Below, piece after piece: positions 9,551 through 19,082 of a stretch of 64,000 nucleotides of DNA (the stretch's first letter is position 1; each line of letters begins with the position of its first letter). The position numbers were made by a program, and so were the translations under genes. The DNA is from Desulfosudaceae bacterium. Its GTDB lineage: Bacteria; Desulfobacterota; Desulfobacteria; Desulfobacterales; Desulfosudaceae. The DNA lies in the NCBI GenBank assembly GCA_963674745.2, contig CAXXDV010000003.1:2048001-2112000 (forward strand), in the 5' to 3' direction. The notes under the pieces are model-generated. The model was not told the DNA's origin, did no database searches, and saw only the letters and a program-made list of their open reading frames with translations.

Positions 9551-11614
9551 ATGAAAAACGAACCGTATCAATTATTGGACCGGGTCAGGCAGCGTATTTT
9601 CGAGGAAGAAAATCTTCAATCAGCATTGTCTGATATTTTCAATTTTATTTCAAAATTCGCCCCGATATGGAAAATGGGTTGGCTCCAGTTCCATTCTGAT
9701 TACCAATTGGTGCGGTTTATCGCCCAGGCCCTGGATACCGGCGGGGAAATCACCAACTTCATGTACGATACGCCCAAAGAGGTATTGGAATTTATATGCA
9801 GCGAGGCCAATCCTGACATTAAAATTGTAAACGATCCCGAAAAAGACCTTGTCGGTATCGAGCTGTCAAAACGCGCCAGATCTGTTGATTATTCCTGCCT
9901 GATTATAAATTTTAAAAACGCTACCGGTGTTTATGCCTCTGTAATGATCATTGCCCAGGGAAAGGATAAATTCACCGAAGACCATTCACGCCTGCTTGTT
10001 ACGGTGAAAGAGCCCCTGCAACTGGTTTTGGACACCCTGATCAAAGGCCACGAAAAGAAAAATCTGCATCCTTCCCAAAAAGAGCCTGTGGACGATAAGA
10101 ACGAATTTTTCCGCCAGGTCACCCGGCGGTTATGCGGCCACCTTGACCTGCAAACCGGCGTAACCCATTGTCTTCAATATCTAAGCCGGTTTCTGCCCGC
10201 CGAGGGGCTCCATGTCAGGCAGACGGAGCCGGGTTTGCTTTCGGAACGTGGACTGGCCGAAAGCTATGGCTTTTTTTTCCCGAAGTCAGAAGCCCTCCTC
10301 CCCATGATCACGGAAGAACCGCCATTCCTCGAGGGCGGGGAATTTCTGCGAACCCACATTATCAATGAGATTGAGCGCCACCCTTTGGCAAAAATCCTTT
10401 CTCAATTTTTCGGGCATGACACGTCTTATATTTACATGCCCCTCATCCACAAACAAACCCGGATCGGCATTGCGGTTTTGGGGTTGGAAGGCAGGAACCG
10501 GTATACAGAAGCGCACATGAAACTTTTTGAAATGCTTCACGATCCATTTGTTCTCGCGCTTTCAAACAATATCAAACACCGTGAAGTAATTCGCCTTAAG
10601 AACATCATTGAATCTGAAAAAAAGGACCTGCAGCAAGAATTACAGGACACAAGAAGCCAGACGATTATCGGTTCCGGCTTAGGCCTAAAAGGCGTTCTTG
10701 AGACCGCCCGCCTCGTGGCCGGGCAGGAAAGCCCGGTCCTGCTGACCGGAGAAACCGGTGCGGGAAAGGAAGTGGTGGCCAATTTCATCCACCGGAGTTC
10801 TTCCCGAAAAGACGGCCCTTTAATCAAGGTCAATTGCGGGGCCATACCGGATACACTGGTGGACAGCGAGCTGTTCGGCCATGAGAAAGGGGCTTTCACC
10901 GGCGCGGCGAGCCGGAAGAAAGGCCGATTTGAAAGGGCCAACGGCGGCACCATTTTCCTGGACGAAATCGGGGAACTGTCTCCACAGGTCCAGGTTCGCC
11001 TGCTCCGGGTGCTCCAGAATAAAATTATTGAGCGGGTTGGCGGGACGGATACCATACCGGTTGATATCCGCGTCATCGCCGCCACCCACCGCAACCTCGA
11101 GGAAATGGTGGCCGAAGGCAAATTCCGGGAAGATCTGTGGTTTCGCCTGAATGTGTTCCCCCTAAGGATCCCCCCCCTGCGCTCGAGACGATCGGATATA
11201 CCGGCCCTGGTGGATTATTTCATTGAAAAAAAATCCCGGGAGTTGAATCTGCACGAGAAGCCGTCACTGTTGCCGGAAGCCATGAGGCGTTTGACCGTTT
11301 ACGATTGGCCGGGAAATGTCAGAGAACTGGAAAATGTGATTGAAAGAGAATTGATCCTGAGCAAGGGGAAGCCGCTGACGTTTCAGTATGTCATCCAACA
11401 GGCTGTTACCGACAAGACCCCGGGAAACGGCATTGAGGGTGATGGCTTCCCGGATTTGGATGAAGTTAATATCAGGCACATAAAAAAAGCGCTGGCCCTT
11501 TCCCAGGGTAAAGTAGAGGGCCCGGGCGGCGCCGCCGAACTGCTGAATGTAAAACCCAACACGCTTCGCGGCAGAATGAAAAAACTGGGAATACCTTATG
11601 GCTGGAAGAGATAA
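9551..11614 (+). CDS. Sigma-54-dependent transcriptional activator with N-terminal GAF-like domains
   Basis: GETGAGKE Walker A, ELFGHEKGAFTGA, FLDEIGE, WPGNVRELEN and C-terminal HTH. Confidence 0.95.
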   Translation: MKNEPYQLLDRVRQRIFEEENLQSALSDIFNFISKFAPIWKMGWLQFHSDYQLVRFIAQALDTGGEITNFMYDTPKEVLEFICSEANPDIKIVNDPEKDLVGIELSKRARSVDYSCLIINFKNATGVYASVMIIAQGKDKFTEDHSRLLVTVKEPLQLVLDTLIKGHEKKNLHPSQKEPVDDKNEFFRQVTRRLCGHLDLQTGVTHCLQYLSRFLPAEGLHVRQTEPGLLSERGLAESYGFFFPKSEALLPMITEEPPFLEGGEFLRTHIINEIERHPLAKILSQFFGHDTSYIYMPLIHKQTRIGIAVLGLEGRNRYTEAHMKLFEMLHDPFVLALSNNIKHREVIRLKNIIESEKKDLQQELQDTRSQTIIGSGLGLKGVLETARLVAGQESPVLLTGETGAGKEVVANFIHRSSSRKDGPLIKVNCGAIPDTLVDSELFGHEKGAFTGAASRKKGRFERANGGTIFLDEIGELSPQVQVRLLRVLQNKIIERVGGTDTIPVDIRVIAATHRNLEEMVAEGKFREDLWFRLNVFPLRIPPLRSRRSDIPALVDYFIEKKSRELNLHEKPSLLPEAMRRLTVYDWPGNVRELENVIERELILSKGKPLTFQYVIQQAVTDKTPGNGIEGDGFPDLDEVNIRHIKKALALSQGKVEGPGGAAELLNVKPNTLRGRMKKLGIPYGWKR

Positions 11615-11625
11615 GATAACATGTT

Positions 11626-13383
11626 TTAATGATAGTGGATATCAAACCGTTTCATTTTCCGCCACAGCGTCGTCCGGTCTATTCCCAGTGCCGTGGCCGT
11701 CTTTTTCTTGCTTCCCTGAAATTGTTTTAAAAAAAAGATAATACGTTCAGCTTCAGCCTTTCCTGCTTCAGACATCAGTTTGTTTTTATCCGGCAAGGTA
11801 AATTCCGGATTATTCCATGTTCGCTGCTGGAGATGGGGCGGCAGGACTTCCGGGGTAATGGTCTTTTCCTGACAGATGATCAGCGCATGCTCCAGTATAT
11901 TCTCCAATTCCCTGACATTTCCGGGATACTGGTAGTTAAGTAGCAGTGCCATGGCAGCCTCGTCTATTCCGGGGGATTCATAACCCTTGATTGTACAGAG
12001 CCTTCTTAAAATGTGATTGATCAAAAGCGGCAGATCCGCTTTCCGGTCCACAAGATTGGGAAGTGTAATACAGAGCACATTGAGGCGGTAGTAAAGATCT
12101 TTCCTGAATTTTTTCTTTTTGACAAGTGCTTCAAGCCCCCGATTGGTCGCCGAAATAATTCTGACATCCACTTTTTCGATATGGCGGCTGCCAAGCGGAT
12201 AATATTCCCTATCCTCCAGAACCCTGAGCAGTTTTGCCTGCAGCTCGAAAGAGATATCCCCGATTTCATCCAGGAAAATCGTGCCGTGATTGGCCTCATG
12301 GAATCGTCCGGGTTTATTCTGTGTTGCACCGGTAAACGCACCTTTGACATAGCCGAACATTTCAGATTCCAACAGATGATCGGGGATGGCGGCACAGTTC
12401 ACCTTGATAAACGGTTGATTCGCCCTTCGGCTGGCAGAGTGAAGCACCTTGGCCATCATATCCTTGCCCGTGCCGGTGCTCCCCTCGATCAAGATTGTTG
12501 CATCCGTGGCTGCAACAACGGAGGCTTTTTCAAAAATTTGCTGCATGACGGGAGCTTTTCCGATCATATCATAAAAAGAATAGTTTTTTTCAATCATCTG
12601 ACTGACCTGTCGGACCAGGGTCAAATCCCGTAAAGTTGCAAGTCCGCCGACAATCATATTCTTTTCATTTTTCAGGGGTATAAACGAGGTTTGAACCGGA
12701 ATTTTTTCACCCACACTGCTTGAAATACGGGAAGTCTGGTTCATCAGGGTTTCGCCGCTCCGTATGGTTTTGTTGACTAAAGCGTTGCAGATCTGATCAT
12801 CTCCGGTAAAAATTTTAAAACAGTTTTTTCCCAGAACCTGGCGGCGGTGATATCCGGTTATTTCCTCGGCGGCACGGTTGAAAAAGGTTAAATGTCCGCC
12901 TTTGTTGACGGTGAAAATACCGGTGTCAATGGCGTCAAAAATCATTTTCAAGGTCCGCTCCTGATGTTCCACCCGTTGAATGAGTTCGGTAAGGGCAGAA
13001 TGATCCTGCAGCACGGTGAAACATCCTTTAACCGTCCTGTCCGGAGTGAAAAGAGGCACGACAAACCGGGTCACCATGTGCCTGCTGCCATGTCGGTCAA
13101 TAATTTCCAAATCCGGACACTCTTCTCCATAATTCGGGCACTCTTCTCCAGAATGAGGGCTGCCCTGTAACGGGCAGTGACCATGACAGGGGATCGAGCA
13201 GCACAGTTTCTGGCAGGTCTTGTCTGCAAGTGACGTTTTATCAACGCCCATGATCAGACCGGCACTGTGATTCAGATCTGCGACCTTTCTATCCGCTGCA
13301 ATAAAGGCACCGATGGACAGATAGTCAAAAATTTTAAACACTTTTTTGACCATGGTCCTGAATTCCGGATGATCGATAAACAT
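11626..13383 (-). CDS. PAS-domain sigma-54-dependent transcriptional activator (Fis family)
   Basis: GSTGTGKD, EMFGYVKGAFTGA, YPGNVRELEN, LGIDRTTLWRKM. Two N-terminal PAS-like regions, the first Cys-rich. Confidence 0.95.
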   Translation of the reverse strand: MFIDHPEFRTMVKKVFKIFDYLSIGAFIAADRKVADLNHSAGLIMGVDKTSLADKTCQKLCCSIPCHGHCPLQGSPHSGEECPNYGEECPDLEIIDRHGSRHMVTRFVVPLFTPDRTVKGCFTVLQDHSALTELIQRVEHQERTLKMIFDAIDTGIFTVNKGGHLTFFNRAAEEITGYHRRQVLGKNCFKIFTGDDQICNALVNKTIRSGETLMNQTSRISSSVGEKIPVQTSFIPLKNEKNMIVGGLATLRDLTLVRQVSQMIEKNYSFYDMIGKAPVMQQIFEKASVVAATDATILIEGSTGTGKDMMAKVLHSASRRANQPFIKVNCAAIPDHLLESEMFGYVKGAFTGATQNKPGRFHEANHGTIFLDEIGDISFELQAKLLRVLEDREYYPLGSRHIEKVDVRIISATNRGLEALVKKKKFRKDLYYRLNVLCITLPNLVDRKADLPLLINHILRRLCTIKGYESPGIDEAAMALLLNYQYPGNVRELENILEHALIICQEKTITPEVLPPHLQQRTWNNPEFTLPDKNKLMSEAGKAEAERIIFFLKQFQGSKKKTATALGIDRTTLWRKMKRFDIHYH

Positions 13384-13413
13384 AATTCATCTCCCACAAA
13401 TGCTGCATGGCGT

Positions 13414-13511
13414 TGCAAAATATTGCATACATGTTGCGCAACAGGTGAAGTCACTGCAATATCATAAAATATTTTCGATTATCGTAACCGAAATGTTGCA
13501 TATGGGCAACA
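13414..13511. promoter_or_regulatory. Cluster of TGTTGC/GCAACA palindromes, candidate enhancer sites
   Basis: TGCAAAATATTGCA (13414-13427), TGTTGCGCAACA (13432-13443) and TGTTGC-N6-GCAACA (13494-13511), upstream of the sigma-54 promoter. Confidence 0.55.
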
Positions 13512-13574
13512 CATATCCTAAGAAAACAGACCTGCTTCATCCCTTAACGCCTGAACCCCGCGCTATTTCGGCGC

Positions 13575-13589
13575 TGGCACGATCCATGC
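13575..13589 (+). promoter_or_regulatory. Sigma-54 (-24/-12) promoter of the hdr operon
   Basis: TGGCACGATCCATGC with GG-N10-GC spacing, 18 nt before the ATG at 13608 and divergent from a sigma-54 activator. Confidence 0.8.
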
Positions 13590-13607
13590 GTATACAAAAA
13601 GTCCATT

Positions 13608-14045
13608 ATGGAGAACTCACCAAACATACTGATCCTTTCCGAGGCCATGGAGCTTCGATTTTTTCTTGAGACAGTGCTGACAGAAGCGCATTACCGTACG
13701 ACCAGCGCAGTAAATATGGAGGAAGCACTGGAGCAGGTTGTCCGGGACACGCCGGCAATGGTTCTCATTGATGTGATGTCCAGCAAGCAGGGAATCTCCA
13801 TGTACAGGCAGCTCCGGCGACATGAAAAATATAAATTTATCCCGGTGATCATGCTTTCCTCGTTGGCAAGGGAAGCTTTTTTTCAGCTGCACAACATTGA
13901 ATACAGTCTTCCGAAAAAAGGGTTGCCCAAACCCGACGACTACCTGCCCAAACCCCCGGAAGCAGAAGAACTGATAGACGCGATTAAAAAAATATTCAAG
14001 GACAAGTCAACCCCTGGCAACAAAGGAAAAAGAACATGCAATTGA
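13608..14045 (+). CDS. Stand-alone response regulator receiver protein (atypical acidic pocket)
   Basis: REC pattern ILILSE...VLIDVM...PVIMLSS...YLPKP; no output domain. Confidence 0.8.
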   Translation: MENSPNILILSEAMELRFFLETVLTEAHYRTTSAVNMEEALEQVVRDTPAMVLIDVMSSKQGISMYRQLRRHEKYKFIPVIMLSSLAREAFFQLHNIEYSLPKKGLPKPDDYLPKPPEAEELIDAIKKIFKDKSTPGNKGKRTCN

Positions 14046-17000
14046 AGATCGGCTGTTATATCTGTCATTGCGGCATTAACATTGCCCATCGGGTGGATGT
14101 GGTGGAGGTGGCGAGGTTTGCAGGCACACTGGAAGGCGTTGTCATTGCCAGAGACTATAAATTCATGTGCTCTGATCCCGGCCAGGAAATGATCGAGGCA
14201 GATATTCATGAATTCGGACTGAACCGTGTAGTGGTGGCGTCCTGCTCTCCCAGACTCCATGAAAAAACCTTCCAGAGTGCTTGCAAGCGGGCCGGCATCA
14301 ACCCTTATCTTTTCCAGATGGCATCAATCCGGGAACAGGTTTCATGGGTGACGCTGGACGATGAAGAAGCGACGCGCAAAGCGAAAACCCTGGTTGCCGG
14401 TGCGGTCAACCGGGTCAAGGCCCATAACAGTCTTGAAACCCGGCATGTCAATGTCCATCCGGACATCATGGTCGTCGGCGGGGGCATTGCCGGCATGCAG
14501 GCGGCCCTGGATATCGGCAACAGCGGACATACCACCTACCTGGTGGAAAAATCCACGACCATCGGCGGCCACATGCTTCAATTCGATAAAACATTTCCAA
14601 CCCTGGACTGTGCGGCCTGCATCGGTACGCCGAAAATGGTGGAAGTGGCCCAGAATGCAAATATCGAGCTGCTTTCCTATTCGGAAGTAACCGGCGTTTC
14701 CGGCTACATCGGCAATTATGAGGTAACCATCCGGAGACGGCCACGGTATATCAAAGAAGATCTGTGCACCGGATGCGGAGAATGTACAAAAGCCTGTCCG
14801 GTCAGCTTTCCAAGTGAATGGGACGAATGCCTCCAGGACCGGAAAGCCATTTACAGGGCGTTTCCGCAGGCAGTCCCCATTACGTACTGTATCGACAAAC
14901 TTGATCCGGCTCCCTGCGTGCAGACCTGCCCGGCCCATGCGAATGTCCAGGGGTATATCCAGCTCATAAAAAAAGGTGAATACGAAAAAGCGGTCCGCCT
15001 GATCATGGAACGGATTCCATTACCCGGTGTTCTGGGGCGGGTCTGCCCGCATCCCTGTGAATCAGCCTGTCGCAGGGGCGATCTGGACACACCTCTTGCC
15101 ATCCGGGATTTGAAACGGTTCGCCGCAGACCAGGTGGACATGGAAACACTGGCAGTCCCTGAAATATCAGAACTGGGCAGAAAAATCGCTGTGATCGGCT
15201 CCGGGCCGGCCGGTTTGACAGCCGCCTATGATCTGCGGTTGAAAGGCTATGATGTTACCATTTTTGAAGCAGCCGGTCTTCCCGGCGGCATGCTGCGCAG
15301 CGGCATACCCGATTACCGCCTGCCGCAGGAAATACTGGATAAAGAGATCGGTTATATCCAGCGAATGGGCATTCGGATTGAAACCGGAAAAGCCCTGGGA
15401 AAACACGTCTTGACAGAACAGCTGAAATCTGACGGATTCGAGGCGGTTTTTCTCGGGATCGGTGCTCAGGGCGGCATGGCTCTGGATATTCAAGGTGAAA
15501 ACAGTCCCGGTGTAACAGATGCGATTCATTTTCTCCGGCAGGTCAGTCTCGGGAGCAGAGAGACGCCTGGCCGTATGGTAGCCATAATCGGTGGCGGTAA
15601 TGTGGCTGTTGATGCCGCCCGGACAGCCATTCGCCTGGGCGCGGAAGAAGTCATTCTGGCTTATCGTCGAACACGGGAGGAAATGCCGGCTTATGAGGAC
15701 GAAATCGAAGGCGCCCTGGCAGAGGGCGTGATATTGAGGCCGCTGGTGACACCTCTTGAGATCATTAAAAAAGACGGTCGCTGTGCGGGAATCCGGTGTG
15801 TGGAAAACCGCCTTGGTGACCCGGATGAAAGCGGCCGAAGGCGGCCGGAGCCTGTTGAAGGATCAGAATTCATACTGGCCTGTGACAGTGTAATCACTGC
15901 CATCGGTCAGGCCATTCTGCTGCCTGAAGATGCCACATTAAAAGAAATCGGTTTTGACCGCCGCAACCGCATCCGGGTCAATCCTGATACGCTCCAAACC
16001 GACATTGAATGGCTTTTTGCAGGCGGAGACATGGTCAGCGGACCCGCAACCGTTGTAGGAGCAGTATCCGGAGGACACCGGGCTGCCCATGCCATCCATC
16101 ATTATCTCTCAGGAAAGGATATGACGGAACTGCAGGGCTTCTTTGAATCTACAAAATCGATTGAAGAGAGTAACTATAAAGAGATACCGGCAAATGCAGC
16201 AATCTTAGAGCGGCAGGAATTAACCCACAGGGATGCCGGAAAACGGAAACACGATTTCAATGAAGAAACTGTCGGGTTTGATGCCGAGGGGGCAAAAGCC
16301 GAAGCTGAGCGTTGCCTGAACTGTCAGGGATGTTGTGAATGTATGGAATGTGTCCGGGCCTGTGAAGCAAAGGCCATTGATCATCTTATGAAACCTGAAG
16401 AAAAGACAGTCAAAGTCGGTTCCATTATCCTGACCACAGGCTATGATGTTCTGGACCCCACTGCCATGAAGCAATTTGGTTACGGCACTTTCCCCAATGT
16501 CTATACCAGTCTTGAATTTGAACGCCTTTCCAATGCCACCGGACCCACGGGCGGAGAAATCCTGATCCGGGACGACACCGGCGCTTTTGCCAGGGAGCCT
16601 AAAAGTGTGGCGCTACTGCACTGTATCGGCAGTCGGGATGCGAACTACCATGAATACTGTTCCCGTGTCTGCTGCATGTATGCGTTAAAATATTCCCACC
16701 TGATAAAGGAAAAAGTCGGGCATGACGCGGAGGTGTATGATTTTTACATTGATATGCGTTGCTTCGGAAAGGGATATGAAGAATTTTACCGCCGGTGCCA
16801 GGAAGAAGGCACCCATTTTATCCGCGGCAAGGCATCAGAAATTACGGACCAGGCGGAATCACCGGAAGAGGAAGGAAAGCTTGTGGTGATCGGTGAAGAT
16901 ACGCTTCTCTCCAGCCTGGTCCGCATTCCTGTGGATATGGTGGTGCTCTGTGTGGCCATGCAGGCCAGGGATGATGCCAGAGATGTCGGTCGAATTTTTG

Positions 17001-17455
17001 GTGTAAACCAGGGTTCGGACGGTTTTTTCCTTGAAGAACATCCCAAGCTGGGTCCGTTGAACACAGCGACGGACGGCGTTTTTATCGCCGGCGCCTGCCA
17101 GTCGCCGAAAGATGTCCCGGATACGGTGGCCCAGGCCTCTGGCGCCGCTGCAAAAGCCCTGTCGCTGGCATCCAGGGGCCAGGTCCAGGTATCATCAACC
17201 ATCTCCTGGATTGATCCGGATATCTGTGCCGGTTGTCAGATCTGCAGGCCTTTATGCCCGTATTCCGCTATTGAATTTGACGAACGCCGCAGGGTGTCCG
17301 TCGTCAATGAAGCCATCTGTAAAGGCTGTGGTTCATGCGCCGGGGCATGCCCGTCGGGCGCAGCCCAGGTCCGGCATTTTACGAAAAAACAAATGTTTTT
17401 AGAGTTTGAAGGTATTATGGCTGCCCTGAATAAGGTCCAGGCGCCGGCACAATAA
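14036..17455 (+). CDS. hdrA: HdrA-family flavoprotein with an inserted GltD-like NAD(P)/FAD domain (HdrL type)
   Basis: HdrA motifs ICHCG, VVASCSPRLHE, GGGIAG, DKTFPTLDC, CIGSRD...YCSRVCCMYA and C-terminal ferredoxin. Insert carries APCVQTCP, GRVCPHPCE, GSGPAG, GGGNVAVD, AGGD. Confidence 0.92.
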   Translation: MQLKIGCYICHCGINIAHRVDVVEVARFAGTLEGVVIARDYKFMCSDPGQEMIEADIHEFGLNRVVVASCSPRLHEKTFQSACKRAGINPYLFQMASIREQVSWVTLDDEEATRKAKTLVAGAVNRVKAHNSLETRHVNVHPDIMVVGGGIAGMQAALDIGNSGHTTYLVEKSTTIGGHMLQFDKTFPTLDCAACIGTPKMVEVAQNANIELLSYSEVTGVSGYIGNYEVTIRRRPRYIKEDLCTGCGECTKACPVSFPSEWDECLQDRKAIYRAFPQAVPITYCIDKLDPAPCVQTCPAHANVQGYIQLIKKGEYEKAVRLIMERIPLPGVLGRVCPHPCESACRRGDLDTPLAIRDLKRFAADQVDMETLAVPEISELGRKIAVIGSGPAGLTAAYDLRLKGYDVTIFEAAGLPGGMLRSGIPDYRLPQEILDKEIGYIQRMGIRIETGKALGKHVLTEQLKSDGFEAVFLGIGAQGGMALDIQGENSPGVTDAIHFLRQVSLGSRETPGRMVAIIGGGNVAVDAARTAIRLGAEEVILAYRRTREEMPAYEDEIEGALAEGVILRPLVTPLEIIKKDGRCAGIRCVENRLGDPDESGRRRPEPVEGSEFILACDSVITAIGQAILLPEDATLKEIGFDRRNRIRVNPDTLQTDIEWLFAGGDMVSGPATVVGAVSGGHRAAHAIHHYLSGKDMTELQGFFESTKSIEESNYKEIPANAAILERQELTHRDAGKRKHDFNEETVGFDAEGAKAEAERCLNCQGCCECMECVRACEAKAIDHLMKPEEKTVKVGSIILTTGYDVLDPTAMKQFGYGTFPNVYTSLEFERLSNATGPTGGEILIRDDTGAFAREPKSVALLHCIGSRDANYHEYCSRVCCMYALKYSHLIKEKVGHDAEVYDFYIDMRCFGKGYEEFYRRCQEEGTHFIRGKASEITDQAESPEEEGKLVVIGEDTLLSSLVRIPVDMVVLCVAMQARDDARDVGRIFGVNQGSDGFFLEEHPKLGPLNTATDGVFIAGACQSPKDVPDTVAQASGAAAKALSLASRGQVQVSSTISWIDPDICAGCQICRPLCPYSAIEFDERRRVSVVNEAICKGCGSCAGACPSGAAQVRHFTKKQMFLEFEGIMAALNKVQAPAQ

Positions 17456-17481
17456 CTTTTTGAGACAAGAGAGGACGTTTT

Positions 17482-17904
17482 ATGAGTGAATTCAATCCCC
17501 TGATTATCGCTTTTGTCTGCAACTGGTGTACCTATACAGCTGCAGATCTGGCCGGTACATCCCGCCTGAATTATCCGGACAACATCCGACTGATGCGTGT
17601 GATGTGTACCGGCATGGTGGACCCACAATATGTCATTAAGGCTTTTCTGGAAGGCGCGGACATGGTTTTGGTCAGTGGTTGCCATCCGGGCGATTGCCAC
17701 TATATCAACGGCAATTACAAGGCACGGCGCCGGATAAAACTGCTTCAGGAGATCCTGCCCGTGCTCGGTATTGAAAAAGAACGACTGAAACTGACCTGGA
17801 TCGGGGCCAGTGACGGCATCCAATTCGCACGTACCATGGAAGAACTGGTGGTTCAGGCAAAAAATCTGGGGCCCGGCCCGGGACGGCAGCAAATTGCCGT
17901 CTGA
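17482..17904 (+). CDS. mvhD: MvhD/FlpD-family [2Fe-2S] protein
   Basis: FVCNWCTYTAADLAG, RVMCTG, GCHPGDCHY motifs. Confidence 0.95.
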   Translation: MSEFNPLIIAFVCNWCTYTAADLAGTSRLNYPDNIRLMRVMCTGMVDPQYVIKAFLEGADMVLVSGCHPGDCHYINGNYKARRRIKLLQEILPVLGIEKERLKLTWIGASDGIQFARTMEELVVQAKNLGPGPGRQQIAV

Positions 17905-17919
17905 TCAGGAGGAAAACAA

Positions 17920-19059
17920 ATGGCATTGACAACCCGTATTACAGTTGAAAATAAAGATTTTCTGGCGGCTGCAAGGCATTTTTTGATCGATGTACTGAAT
18001 TCTGACAGTATTGATGCGATAGTGGTTCCGCTGGTTTCGGAAGGCGGCCATTCCATCATGCCGGAACTGGTAACGGTTCCTTCCCGGCTGGAACAGGCGG
18101 ATCCTTTGAGCCCTTGTTTCCCGATGAATTCTGCACGTCTGATTTCAAGGCTGACCCGCAAACCAGGGAACAGAAAAATTGCGGCCGTACTCAGGCCGTG
18201 TGAAATCCGGGCACTGGTAGAACTGGTTAAACTCAAACAGGCCCGACTGGACGACCTGATCGTGATCAGTATGGACTGCCTGGGGGCCTATTCCAACAAA
18301 GACTGGACCCTCATCAGCGCATCCGGGCCGGATAATTTTACCCGGACTTTTTATGAAAAACAACTTTCCGGCAGGCTTTCGGAGGAAGGCGAACCGGAAA
18401 TAACTTCAGCCTGCAGGGCCTGTGAATATCCGGTATCTGACCAGGCAGACATCACCTTTGATTTCCTGGGTACAGAGATTACCCGGGAATTTCATATTAC
18501 AGGAAAAAGCGATGCCGGAGAGGCCCTGATCCGTGACCTGGGTTTTGAAACATCAGAACTGCCAAAAGACAGGGGGGCCCGGATAGCGGATCTCACTGCC
18601 AGGCGCCTGGCATTCCGGGATGACATGTTTGCCAGAACCCGTGAGGCGGTTGCGCCCCTGGACAAGCTGTCTGTTTATTTTGAACGATGCGTGAACTGCT
18701 ATAACTGCCGGGTGGCCTGTCCGGTCTGCTATTGCAGAGAGTGTGTTTTCAACACGGACGTGTTTGACCACGATCCGTTTCAGTACATGGAAAAAGCCCA
18801 TCGCAGCGGCAGTCTCCGTCTGCCTTCGGACACGCTCTTTTTCCACATCACCCGGATGGCGCACATGAGCCTGTCCTGTGTGGGCTGCGGACAGTGTTCC
18901 AATGCCTGCCCCAATGACATCCCGGTGATGGAGGTTTTTCGTCTGGCAGCATCCGCAGCCCAGGACGGTTTTGGCTATATCCCGGGGATAAAAAAAGATG
19001 ACGCCCCGCCCCTGTCGGAATTTAAGGAAAACGAATTTGAAGAGGTTGTCGGCATTTAA
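17920..19059 (+). CDS. FrhB/FdhB-family Fe-S (flavo)protein
   Basis: VLRPCEIRALVEL, DCLG, ACRACEYP, CVNCYNCRVACPVCYCRECVF, CVGCGQCSNACP. Confidence 0.85.
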   Translation: MALTTRITVENKDFLAAARHFLIDVLNSDSIDAIVVPLVSEGGHSIMPELVTVPSRLEQADPLSPCFPMNSARLISRLTRKPGNRKIAAVLRPCEIRALVELVKLKQARLDDLIVISMDCLGAYSNKDWTLISASGPDNFTRTFYEKQLSGRLSEEGEPEITSACRACEYPVSDQADITFDFLGTEITREFHITGKSDAGEALIRDLGFETSELPKDRGARIADLTARRLAFRDDMFARTREAVAPLDKLSVYFERCVNCYNCRVACPVCYCRECVFNTDVFDHDPFQYMEKAHRSGSLRLPSDTLFFHITRMAHMSLSCVGCGQCSNACPNDIPVMEVFRLAASAAQDGFGYIPGIKKDDAPPLSEFKENEFEEVVGI

Positions 19060-19082
19060 CAAAATGATAAAAGGAAAAAAAC

